DNA of 25,686 nucleotides from a virus (IMGVR_UViG_3300023266_000006:1-25686), one strand, 5' to 3'; counted from the stretch's first letter, positions 7,952 through 15,929 are shown. Numbers and translations: made by a program. Notes: generated by a model not told the origin, from the sequence alone.

Positions 7952-7953
7952 CC

Positions 7954-8154
7954 ATGACTGGAAACACGGCCGCACTCGCTAGCATCATCGCTGCGCTGAA
8001 CCAAGACGATTCCATGGCGCCCATGGGGGTCGTGTATGCCCTGAAGGCCGTCTTGCGCGAATTGGAGCATCAAGGCCACCGGCTTCATGAGCTCGAGCAG
8101 CGGTTGCACGATCACGAGCAACTGTCACCACCGCTCGACGGGAGCGCGTCATGA
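7954..8154 (+). CDS. hypothetical protein with short coiled coil
   Basis: LRELEHQGHRLHELEQRL heptads; tightly packed with neighbours. Confidence 0.65.
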   Translation: MTGNTAALASIIAALNQDDSMAPMGVVYALKAVLRELEHQGHRLHELEQRLHDHEQLSPPLDGSAS

Positions 8155-8438
8155 GCCCCCGCATCCCCGGCCAAGCCGCCCCGGTGCCCGCGATCCCGAC
8201 GATCTCGCTCCCGCTCGCTGATCTCCGGGCGATGGCGCGCGCGACCGATGACCATGCAACCGCGAGCGCCTACACCCGCGCTCGCGAGCGGGCCAAGCGC
8301 GCGGCCGTGTTCGCCGCCGCCGGGATCTCGCTGGACGATCTCGTCCAACGCGGGCTCGCGTGCAACGGGTGCGGCGCCAATCTCAAGGCGGGCAAGTGCC
8401 CCTTCTGTTCGCCGGTCTCCGGCTGGGGGAAGCCATGA
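8151..8438 (+). CDS. hypothetical protein with C-terminal Zn ribbon
   Basis: CNGC...CPFC; ATGA coupling. Confidence 0.65.
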   Translation: MSPRIPGQAAPVPAIPTISLPLADLRAMARATDDHATASAYTRARERAKRAAVFAAAGISLDDLVQRGLACNGCGANLKAGKCPFCSPVSGWGKP

Positions 8439-8707
8439 GCACCGCGCCTTTCGTGATCACCGAGATGCACTCGAAGATCGAGGCCACGGTGCGATTCGAT
8501 TCGGGCATCGAGTTCACGGTAACAGCCGCCCCAAATCGCGACGAGCCCGGCCAGTGGGGGCTTGAGATCGAAGGGTTCTTCGGGTCGCGGGCCGAGCGTG
8601 ACGCGGCGCAGCATCTCATGGACCACGCCGCCGAGCTGATTGCCGTGCTGCGCGCGGCCGTCGAGGATGAGTCGGCGCACCTCTTGCCGGAAATCCTGCG
8701 GCCATGA
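8435..8707 (+). CDS. hypothetical protein (MSTAPFVITE...)
   Basis: ATGA coupling at both ends. Confidence 0.65.
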   Translation: MSTAPFVITEMHSKIEATVRFDSGIEFTVTAAPNRDEPGQWGLEIEGFFGSRAERDAAQHLMDHAAELIAVLRAAVEDESAHLLPEILRP

Positions 8708-8952
8708 CTCGCGCCCGCTTGATCGCCTGGATCGCCGGCTACCACTGCCGCCGGCGCGGGCATCGCTGGATCGAGCATTTCACCGGATGGCGCCGCATGC
8801 TCGCCCGCTGCTGCCCCGACTGCGGGTGCGGGCAAGTCAAGATCGCGAACAGCGGAGGACATGACGCGACCCATGGCGGCGGGCCATCGGCAGAGCGCGG
8901 GGAGGACTGCCAGCACGCGGCGCACTACCAGCCGAAGGAGAATGCCGCATGA
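8704..8952 (+). CDS. small Zn-binding protein (DUF1660-like), paralogue of 5033-5281
   Basis: CRRRGHRW...ARCCPDCGCG. Confidence 0.6.
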   Translation: MTRARLIAWIAGYHCRRRGHRWIEHFTGWRRMLARCCPDCGCGQVKIANSGGHDATHGGGPSAERGEDCQHAAHYQPKENAA

Positions 8953-9545
8953 GCCGCGACGAGTCCGCGACCTGCCCGCACTGCCAGGCCATCCGCCGCG
9001 CCGAAGAGCATCGCATCATCGAGGGCGCTGGCCTTGGCGAACACGCGCCGCGCACGCACGAATGGCCTACCTCCGCGCGCGAGTGGGTCTTCCTCGGGAT
9101 CATGGCAGCAATCGCGCTCGTGTGCGCTACCCTTATCTGCGCCCCCGTCCACTCTGCCGAGCCCGCTTCGCTTTCCCGATGGCACTACTCGGATCGGCTC
9201 TACAAGCGGGACAACCGCACGCCGTACTCGTTTGAACAGTCGCAGCCCGAGCTGGCGCGGCTCGCACTCCAGGCGGGCTATGCGGGCCCCGACGGCAACG
9301 GCCCCGGCTACCAGGACACGGTAATCGGGCTCGACGGCGAGCGCGCGCAGGCGGGGCGCGTGCGTTTCCTGATCGCACCGCCCGCCGATACGTTGTGGAA
9401 GGCACTCCTCATGCCGGACAAGTGGCTGCCCGGTGAGTGCTCGTACGTCGCTGTTGTGCGGGGTGGTGCGGCTCCTGATTCCATCCTGGTCGTCCTGACC
9501 AATGGAACCCAATTCACGGAACGGATCGAGAGGAAGCGGAAATGA
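8949..9545 (+). CDS. membrane-anchored or exported protein
   Basis: N-terminal CPHC, internal hydrophobic segment WVFLGIMAAIALVCATLICAPVHSA, then a soluble domain. Confidence 0.7.
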   Translation: MSRDESATCPHCQAIRRAEEHRIIEGAGLGEHAPRTHEWPTSAREWVFLGIMAAIALVCATLICAPVHSAEPASLSRWHYSDRLYKRDNRTPYSFEQSQPELARLALQAGYAGPDGNGPGYQDTVIGLDGERAQAGRVRFLIAPPADTLWKALLMPDKWLPGECSYVAVVRGGAAPDSILVVLTNGTQFTERIERKRK

Positions 9546-9823
9546 GAACCATCATTGCGCTCCTGGCTATCGTTGCGGTCCTGGGGTTGATGCCCGGCAA
9601 GGCATCGGCTATCGGGATGGCGCTCGCGAACTGCGACTTCGACGACTGTTACGTTCGTTCGGGACCACGCCGGCTCACTCAGTGCGAAGACATGAGCCAA
9701 GGCGGCGGGTCCATCAATGGAAGCTGGCTCCAGCGGGCCAACATCGAGGAGCGGATCGAAAAGATTCGCGCGTCGATTGCCTCGCTGGCAGGCGGGTTCA
9801 AGCCCGCGCCCGAGATCGACTGA
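9542..9823 (+). CDS. exported protein with signal peptide (frame stays open to 10114 past the TGA)
   Basis: MRTIIALLAIVAVLGLMPGKASA with an AxA cleavage site. Confidence 0.65.
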   Translation: MRTIIALLAIVAVLGLMPGKASAIGMALANCDFDDCYVRSGPRRLTQCEDMSQGGGSINGSWLQRANIEERIEKIRASIASLAGGFKPAPEID

Positions 9824-10203
9824 CTGGGCAAAGATTGCGAGCGCCGTTGGGGGGATCCGGGCTCTTGGGGATTGTCCGTCGAAGCCCGGCGGCGCTCGTT
9901 CGTCGATAGGCCCGGAGGTCTCCATCTCTGCGGGCTTGTCACCGCGCGCGAGTGGTCCTCGCGCGCGGCACTCTTCCCGGCACGGGCGCCGCTACTCGAA
10001 CCGCTCGACCCCTGCGACTTGTTTGCTCGGGTGAGTTGCTTCGTGAGGGTCCCATCTTGCGTTGCGGCGAGCGGGGACGGCAGCGGTTGCCCGTGGCCGG
10101 GTTGGGTGAAATGACCCGAAAGTTGGGTGACTTCCCGACCCGCGCACGATCCGCAATGGCGTAATGCCACGGCACGGGGCCCGAGTCGACGCGCACCCGC
10201 AAG

Positions 10204-10216
10204 AATCCACGACTTA
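10204..10216 (+). promoter_or_regulatory. IHF-like binding site
   Basis: AATCCACGACTTA versus WATCARNNNNTTR, one mismatch; ends 14 bp before the P2 motif. Confidence 0.4.
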
Positions 10217-10230
10217 CGGCCGGCCACGGA

Positions 10231-10247
10231 TTGGCATGGCCCCTGCA
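10231..10247 (+). promoter_or_regulatory. sigma-54-like -24/-12 promoter P2
   Basis: TTGGCATGGCCCCTGCA; GG-N10-GC; located in the 10115-10356 intergenic gap. Confidence 0.65.
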
Positions 10248-10356
10248 ATAGCTAGTGGCATGCGCGGCGATGGGCGCCGCGAGCGGCCGGTGGCGCTCGA
10301 GCCCCGGCAAGAGCCCCCGCACTAGGTAGGCGGGGGAGGAAGGGAAAGCAGGAGCC

Positions 10357-10551
10357 ATGAACGCCACGATCAAGCGCACGGGGGAGCGGTCCTACGTCCT
10401 ACGCTTCGAGCCTTCGGGCCGTGAGATTGGGGGCCAGAACCGCCAGTCGCTCGAATCCTTCGCCCGCGTCCAGGGTGCCCGGGGCGCGATCACGTTCACC
10501 GATGACCGTCGGCCGGAGCTCCATACGGGCCCCGTCGACGTGTGGATCTAG
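10357..10551 (+). CDS. hypothetical protein
   Basis: AGGAG RBS; first gene after P2. Confidence 0.7.
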   Translation: MNATIKRTGERSYVLRFEPSGREIGGQNRQSLESFARVQGARGAITFTDDRRPELHTGPVDVWI

Positions 10552-10555
10552 TACC

Positions 10556-10654
10556 ATGAAAACCGCACTTTTCTGGACCGCGGGCATCGCGGCCTCGATG
10601 ATCGCCGGCCGAGTCCTCGGCCTCTACGTTTTCACGCACCTGATCGCCAAGTAG
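10556..10654 (+). CDS. single-TM micropeptide (32 aa)
   Basis: MKTALFWTAGIAASMIAGRVLGLYVFTHLIAK. Confidence 0.5.
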   Translation: MKTALFWTAGIAASMIAGRVLGLYVFTHLIAK

Positions 10655-10741
10655 TTTCGGGGGGCATCCACCCGGCGTTGGGCCCGCAAGCACGACGACC
10701 GGTCCCCCCGATTCACCCTTAACTGACCGATGGAGAATCCG

Positions 10742-10978
10742 ATGAGTTACGAACCCGATGCTACGACTACCGAGCTCTTGACCTGTCATCAGCAATTGCA
10801 GTCGCTCTACTACAAGCGTGCGAACGCGCTCCGGCAAGAGCAGATGATCGCCCGCCACATCGCCGCCTTCAACGCGGAGATTGAGACGCTCGAGAAGCGC
10901 CGCAACGAGCTCGCCGAGCAAGTCTCCGAAACCGCCGTGCGCATCTTCGGCGTGCGCGGAGAGGCGGTGGTGAAGTAA
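10742..10978 (+). CDS. coiled-coil hypothetical protein
   Basis: GGAG before ATG 10742 (alternative start 10730); FNAEIETLEKRRNELAEQV heptads. Confidence 0.65.
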   Translation: MSYEPDATTTELLTCHQQLQSLYYKRANALRQEQMIARHIAAFNAEIETLEKRRNELAEQVSETAVRIFGVRGEAVVK

Positions 10979-11061
10979 TGATCTTCCTCTACCCTTACGC
11001 CTGGCTCGCGATCGGTGTTCTTATCATCACCCACATTGCCACCAGCAACCCGGAGGATTGA
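10978..11061 (+). CDS. single-TM micropeptide (27 aa)
   Basis: MIFLYPYAWLAIGVLIITHIATSNPED; TAATG and TGATG couplings fill the gap exactly. Confidence 0.6.
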   Translation: MIFLYPYAWLAIGVLIITHIATSNPED

Positions 11062-11240
11062 TGCGCGAGATGATCTACAAGCTCAGGCGATGGAGCGAGC
11101 GCGCGCGGGGAATCTGCCAATTCGATGGCTGCGACCGCGCTGCTATCCGCTCGCTGGAATACCAGACATCCGACATGGAGGAGCCGCGCCATTGGTTCCT
11201 CTGTAACCAGCACGCGCAGACGGTGAGGGTCAAGCCATGA
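11061..11240 (+). CDS. small Zn-finger-like protein
   Basis: CQFDGC...LCNQH; GGAGG RBS. Confidence 0.65.
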   Translation: MREMIYKLRRWSERARGICQFDGCDRAAIRSLEYQTSDMEEPRHWFLCNQHAQTVRVKP

Positions 11241-11482
11241 ATGAAGATCTTCTGCCGACCGTGGCGGTCGCGGCTCTGGCACTCGCGGCGATCATGATCC
11301 CGCGTGCCGCGAAGATGCTCGACCGCCCGGCGCCCCGGACGATCGGCCCGTGCGCCAAGTGCGGGCGACCCATCCTTGCGCGCGACATGTACACGGCTAG
11401 GCCCCCGAGTTCCGACGCGGACTTCGAGCCGGGCGCCCAGCTCTTGAGCCATCACCGCTGCCCCGTGAGGATGCCCGAATGA
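11237..11482 (+). CDS. membrane-anchored protein with CxxC
   Basis: N-terminal hydrophobic segment, CAKC, HHRC. Confidence 0.6.
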   Translation: MNEDLLPTVAVAALALAAIMIPRAAKMLDRPAPRTIGPCAKCGRPILARDMYTARPPSSDADFEPGAQLLSHHRCPVRMPE

Positions 11483-11826
11483 CCGCCACCCCTTGCTACT
11501 GGTACGGCAACCCAGCCGAGCCGCAAGACTGCTACTGCCCGAGCTGTGTCTCCGAGCAGCTTCTAGCACGGGAGGACGAGCTCCAGCTCGACCGGGGCGA
11601 AGCTATCGACGGGACGGCCTGCGTCCGGTGCGATCGGCTGGCGACCGAAGGCCGCTTCACCTACCCGCCCTGCGAGCACTGCGGCCAGCCCGACGTGGGG
11701 CGCGCGGTGCTCGATATCACGGACCCCCGCGATCGCGTGGTGTATGCTTGCGAGCCGTGCATCGAGATCAAGTACCAGTCGGCGCCCGAGACGCGGGTGC
11801 ATTCGGGCTTCATGGTGCGGCGATGA
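11479..11826 (+). CDS. Cys-rich multi-CxxC protein
   Basis: CPSC, CVRC, CEHC and CEPC. Confidence 0.65.
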   Translation: MTATPCYWYGNPAEPQDCYCPSCVSEQLLAREDELQLDRGEAIDGTACVRCDRLATEGRFTYPPCEHCGQPDVGRAVLDITDPRDRVVYACEPCIEIKYQSAPETRVHSGFMVRR

Positions 11827-12128
11827 GCGAGCGCGGCCCGTACCTGCAATTCGACTGCCCATTGTGCTGGCGCCCACGCTTACTGCACCATTACGATGAG
11901 GGATCGGATCGCATCGACTGCGAGAAGTGCGGCATGGAGTGGGAGGACGAGGCCGCCGTGGTCCAATTCGCCCGCCTAGATGCAGCTCGCCATCTGGCCA
12001 ATGTGCTATCCGTTCGGCTCATGGGGGGCACGCCAGAACACGCTAGCGCCCCCGGCTGGGCGCAGCATATTGCGAATCTTCCCGATGCCGAACTACTCCG
12101 AATCATCGGGACACCAAGCCATGCGTAA
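11823..12128 (+). CDS. Zn-ribbon hypothetical protein (MSERGPYLQF...)
   Basis: CPLC...CEKC; ATGA coupling. Confidence 0.65.
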   Translation: MSERGPYLQFDCPLCWRPRLLHHYDEGSDRIDCEKCGMEWEDEAAVVQFARLDAARHLANVLSVRLMGGTPEHASAPGWAQHIANLPDAELLRIIGTPSHA

Positions 12129-12222
12129 CCGATCCTACCATGCGACACTCTGGCTCCTTGTGATCGTGTCGATCGCGGTCGGGTACGCCGTCCTGCGGCT
12201 CGGCCAGTCGGGGCCGCGATGA
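12121..12222 (+). CDS. single-TM micropeptide (33 aa)
   Basis: MRNRSYHATLWLLVIVSIAVGYAVLRLGQSGPR; stop overlaps the helicase ATG. Confidence 0.55.
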   Translation: MRNRSYHATLWLLVIVSIAVGYAVLRLGQSGPR

Positions 12223-13613
12223 CAGACGGCGCGTACGGGGCGTTCCTTGAGAGCAAGGCCATCCGCGCTCCGCTCCGCGGGCTCGATCATATTCCGTCAC
12301 TTGCTCCGCATCTCTTCCCGTTCCAGCGGGCGGCGGTCGAGTTCGGTCTGCGCGCCGGATCATGGGGGCTCTTCTTCGATACTGGGCTCGGCAAGACGGC
12401 ATGCGAGCTCGAATGGTGCAAGCTTGCCGCCGCCGAATCCAACGGGCAAGCGCTGATTCTCACTCCGCTCGCGGTCGCGCGCCAGATCGAGACCGAGGGC
12501 AAGCGGTGGGGATACAGCGTGCGGGTGATTCGCGAGCAAGCGGAGGCGGGCCCAGGGATCAACATCTGCAACTATGACCGGCTCGAGAAGCTCGATCCGC
12601 AAGCCTTCGGTGCTATCGCCCTCGACGAATCCTCGATCTTGAAAGCCTTCACGGGGCGCACGTCACGATCGCTGATCGAAGCCTTTGCCGGTCATCGCTG
12701 GCGGATGGCTGCAACCGCGACCCCGGCGCCAAACGATCACATGGAACTCGGCCAACACGCCGAATTCTGCCGCGTCATGTCCGGGGTCGAAATGCTTTCC
12801 CGCTTCTTCATCAACGATACGGGGACAGCCTCGCAGGAATGGCGGTTGAAGGGCCATGCGGTGACGTCTTTCTGGAATTGGATGGCCTCATGGACGCGGA
12901 TGGCCGAGCACCCCCGGGACATGGGAGACCCAATCGAGGGCTTCGATCTGCCGCCGATTGAGATCCATCGCCATCAAGCGGGCGGCGAGATCACGGTCCC
13001 GGGCGAACTCTTCGCGGGGCTCGCGGTCTCAGCGACTGACATGCACATGGTCAAGCGGCAGACCGCCGACGCGCGAGCGGAGATCGTTGCGTCGCTCGTG
13101 GACGCGGATCGCAAAGAGCCGTGGATCGTATGGTGCGATACCGACTACGAGGCCGACGCACTCATGCGCGCCATGCAAGCCAATGGCGCCGCCGTGCAGG
13201 AAGTGCGGGGATCGCATCCGCTTGAACGCAAAGAATCCGTGCTCGATGGATTCGCTAGCGGCGCTATCCGCGTCATCGTGACCAAGCCCGCGATCTGCGG
13301 GCACGGCCTCAATTGGCAGCACGCGGCCCGGATGGCGTTCGTCGGGCGCACATTCTCCTATGAGTCCTACTACCAGGCCGTGCGGCGTTCGTGGCGGTTC
13401 GGGCAGAAGCGCCCCGTCCAAGTCCATCTGATCGTCGCCGCCGGCGAGGAATCGATCGGCCGGGTGATTGACCGGAAGGCCGGCGATCACTCGAAGATGA
13501 AGCACGAGATGGCCGCTGCGATGCGCCGCGCCATGGCCATCACGTCGGCAACCAAAACGGCCTACCGGCCAGAACATGAGGGGAGGCTGCCGGCATGGCT
13601 ATCCGCTGTCTAG
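12219..13613 (+). CDS. SF2 (SNF2-like) helicase/ATPase
   Basis: Q motif LFPFQ, Walker A DTGLGKT, DESS box, TATP, GLNWQ, QAVRRSWRFGQ. Confidence 0.9.
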   Translation: MTDGAYGAFLESKAIRAPLRGLDHIPSLAPHLFPFQRAAVEFGLRAGSWGLFFDTGLGKTACELEWCKLAAAESNGQALILTPLAVARQIETEGKRWGYSVRVIREQAEAGPGINICNYDRLEKLDPQAFGAIALDESSILKAFTGRTSRSLIEAFAGHRWRMAATATPAPNDHMELGQHAEFCRVMSGVEMLSRFFINDTGTASQEWRLKGHAVTSFWNWMASWTRMAEHPRDMGDPIEGFDLPPIEIHRHQAGGEITVPGELFAGLAVSATDMHMVKRQTADARAEIVASLVDADRKEPWIVWCDTDYEADALMRAMQANGAAVQEVRGSHPLERKESVLDGFASGAIRVIVTKPAICGHGLNWQHAARMAFVGRTFSYESYYQAVRRSWRFGQKRPVQVHLIVAAGEESIGRVIDRKAGDHSKMKHEMAAAMRRAMAITSATKTAYRPEHEGRLPAWLSAV

Positions 13614-14503
13614 CTGACGAGCACGGAGAATCCTTCGCCGCCTATCAGGGTGATTGTGTCGGCGTGATGGCGCAGCTCCCGGACGAGTCGATCGGGTTCT
13701 CGGTCTACTCGCCACCCTTCGGCAATCTCTTCGTGTACTCGGAGTCGATCGCTGACATGGGCAACTGTTCGAGCGATGACGAGTTTGCCGAGCAATATGC
13801 CTTCTGCGTGCGCGAGCTCTTCCGCCTGACGAAGCCCGGCCGGATCTCTGCCGTCCATTGCTCGGACCTGCCGCTCACGAAATGGCGTGATGGGCAAGTC
13901 GGGATCAAGGATTTCTCGGGGCAAATCATCGCGATCCACGAAGCCGAAGGCTGGATCCTGCATTCCCGCCGTACGATCTGGAAATCACCCGTCACCGAGA
14001 TGGCGCGGACCAAGCACGTCGGGCTTCTCTACAAACAGCTCCGCAGCGACTCGATCAAATCGCGCGGCGGGATGCCGGACTACTTGCTCACGTTCGTCAA
14101 GCCGGGCGAGAACCAGGACCCGATCACGCATACGCGCGACGAGTTCCCGCTTGAGCAATGGCAAGAATGGGCCTCACCCGTCTGGATGACGGTCGATCAA
14201 GGGAACGTGCTGAATGTTGCGCTCGCGAAGGAAGAGAAGGACGAGCGCCATCTCTGCCCCTTGCAGCTGGACGTCATCAAGCGGGCGGTCGTCCTCTGGT
14301 CGAATCTTGGCGATACCGTGCTCTCGCCCTTCATGGGGATCGGCTCGGAGGGGGTCGTGGCCGTGGACATGGGGCGGCGGTTCATCGGGATCGAGCTCAA
14401 GGAATCGTACTTCCGATTCGCCGCGCGTCATCTGCGTGCTTCCGATCAGCAGCTCGCGATGGTGCTCGGCGGGACGGAGCCAGCGGACGAGCCCGATGCT
14501 TGA
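13595..14503 (+). CDS. DNA methyltransferase, N4-C/N6-A family (beta-type motif order)
   Basis: catalytic SPPF near the N-terminus; HLCPLQL and SAM-binding VLSPFMGIGS...FIGIELK near the C-terminus. Confidence 0.9.
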   Translation: MAIRCLADEHGESFAAYQGDCVGVMAQLPDESIGFSVYSPPFGNLFVYSESIADMGNCSSDDEFAEQYAFCVRELFRLTKPGRISAVHCSDLPLTKWRDGQVGIKDFSGQIIAIHEAEGWILHSRRTIWKSPVTEMARTKHVGLLYKQLRSDSIKSRGGMPDYLLTFVKPGENQDPITHTRDEFPLEQWQEWASPVWMTVDQGNVLNVALAKEEKDERHLCPLQLDVIKRAVVLWSNLGDTVLSPFMGIGSEGVVAVDMGRRFIGIELKESYFRFAARHLRASDQQLAMVLGGTEPADEPDA

Positions 14504-14706
14504 GCCATCCCGCAAGGCCGGTGTAGGTTTATCCTTGGCGGCACGCTCGGGGCCGGCCGGCGACTCATGTCCGGTACGGTGGAAAAGGCGGGAAGCGATC
14601 TGCGGGGGTGAGATCCCTGCCACGGTGACGGCCTCTCGTTGCGAGGTCTATCGGCGTGCTCCATCGCCATGATCCGCCTCGCGCCGCCAGAACTTGGGAG
14701 GAGCCG

Positions 14707-14955
14707 ATGAGCGACAAGGGCGACGGCTACACCTACTGCGGGTTCGCTCCGTGCGGGTGCATCCACGCTGCCGTGGTGGACGAGCCTACGCGCCCCCGTG
14801 ACGTGGCGAAGCACGTGGCGGACTTCATCCGGCAAGGGATGCGGATCGAACGGCTTACCACCCAAGCCGTGCGCGAGCATACGCGTTGGGGCCATTGCGA
14901 CAAATGCAGGCCTGCGCGCGAACGTGCCAAGCAGCAGATCGAGGCGGCGCTGTGA
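14707..14955 (+). CDS. small Cys-containing hypothetical protein
   Basis: GGAGGAG RBS; PCGC and CDKC. Confidence 0.65.
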   Translation: MSDKGDGYTYCGFAPCGCIHAAVVDEPTRPRDVAKHVADFIRQGMRIERLTTQAVREHTRWGHCDKCRPARERAKQQIEAAL

Positions 14956-15275
14956 TAATCCTCGCCTTCCTGCTCGGCGGCATCGTGGCGATCGCAAGCG
15001 CCATCGTCTGGCGCGCCCTGCAATGGCTCGAGGACCAGCGCAATCACCCCATGGAGATCACGTTCTCGACTGCTCCCAAGCCTTCCTGCTGGAGCGTGGC
15101 TGCGGCCCAAGTCGCCGAGTCCCCCGCGATGAAGCAGCACATCCAGGCACTCGTCGCCGCCTACCAGGCGAGCGCCTACGGCCAGCCCCCGCACGGGCCG
15201 GCGACCCTCGCCCGCCTCTCGCCCCAGCGCCTCGCGAGCGACCTCCGCTCCGACTGGCGACCGGAGCGGAATTGA
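14952..15275 (+). CDS. membrane-anchored hypothetical protein
   Basis: GTGA overlap; IILAFLLGGIVAIASAIVW. Confidence 0.6.
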   Translation: MIILAFLLGGIVAIASAIVWRALQWLEDQRNHPMEITFSTAPKPSCWSVAAAQVAESPAMKQHIQALVAAYQASAYGQPPHGPATLARLSPQRLASDLRSDWRPERN

Positions 15276-15300
15276 GCTACATCACTTTGGAGGTGTTGGA

Positions 15301-15681
15301 ATGAGCGCCGAGCGCGACTTAGAAATTGCCAAACGTGTGCGCGATCTGATATTCGCGCGCATAAGGGCGGCGCTGGACAACGTCCTGATGATCGAGGGTG
15401 ATTTTCACGACAAGGCTCTACTTCAGATCATCCCGGAAAATTGGGATAACCAGTGCGGGGCCGTTGGCTGTCTGTTCCCGCAATACAACGGCGAGCCGCT
15501 TTGCAGGATGCACATGCAGCAGGGGCCATGCGTGTGGTGCGGCAAGACGTGGGAGCAACACTCGCCGGATGCCGTCTATGACTACATCCAGCGCACACCT
15601 TGCCTTGGGACGCGTGGAGGGTTTGTAAGCCGAGAGCGCATCAAGGTTATGGAGAATCCGCAAATTGACCGCGCGCGCTGA
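15301..15681 (+). CDS. Cys-rich hypothetical protein
   Basis: GGAGGT RBS; CGAVGC...LCRMH and CVWC...H. Confidence 0.7.
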   Translation: MSAERDLEIAKRVRDLIFARIRAALDNVLMIEGDFHDKALLQIIPENWDNQCGAVGCLFPQYNGEPLCRMHMQQGPCVWCGKTWEQHSPDAVYDYIQRTPCLGTRGGFVSRERIKVMENPQIDRAR

Positions 15682-15688
15682 CCGTGCC

Positions 15689-15919
15689 ATGAAGCGGAGA
15701 AGGCGACTGCGCAAGGAGCGTTCTCCGGCCTGGCAGACCCGCCATCTGGCGATGTTCGCCCGATCGCTCCATTGCGCGGCGCGGGACGCGGACTATGCTG
15801 CCAAGGCCATAGCAGCCTTCCGGCGAGAGGCGATCCGGGTTCTCAAGATCCCGCCCTCGATCCTTGGGGCGACCATCCCGGACAGGATGGAGTTGTCCAC
15901 GCCCGCCGATCCGTGCTAG
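15689..15919 (+). CDS. basic hypothetical protein
   Basis: fills the gap before terS; start at 15689 (ATG) or 15665 (TTG). Confidence 0.45.
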   Translation: MKRRRRLRKERSPAWQTRHLAMFARSLHCAARDADYAAKAIAAFRREAIRVLKIPPSILGATIPDRMELSTPADPC

Positions 15920-15929
15920 ATAATTAACC

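Noticed and set aside
14539-14553. CGGCACGCTCGGGGC as a third sigma-54 site
   Set aside because: GG-N10-GC spacing is present but the -12 element is GGGC and the T before GG is missing; expected by chance at this GC content.
14585-14630. GGGAA...GGTGAGATCC...GCCACGGTGA resembling a cobalamin riboswitch or tRNA T-arm
   Set aside because: Spacing and flanking helices do not fit, and there is no B12 box or acceptor stem; kept only as an unclassified RNA candidate.
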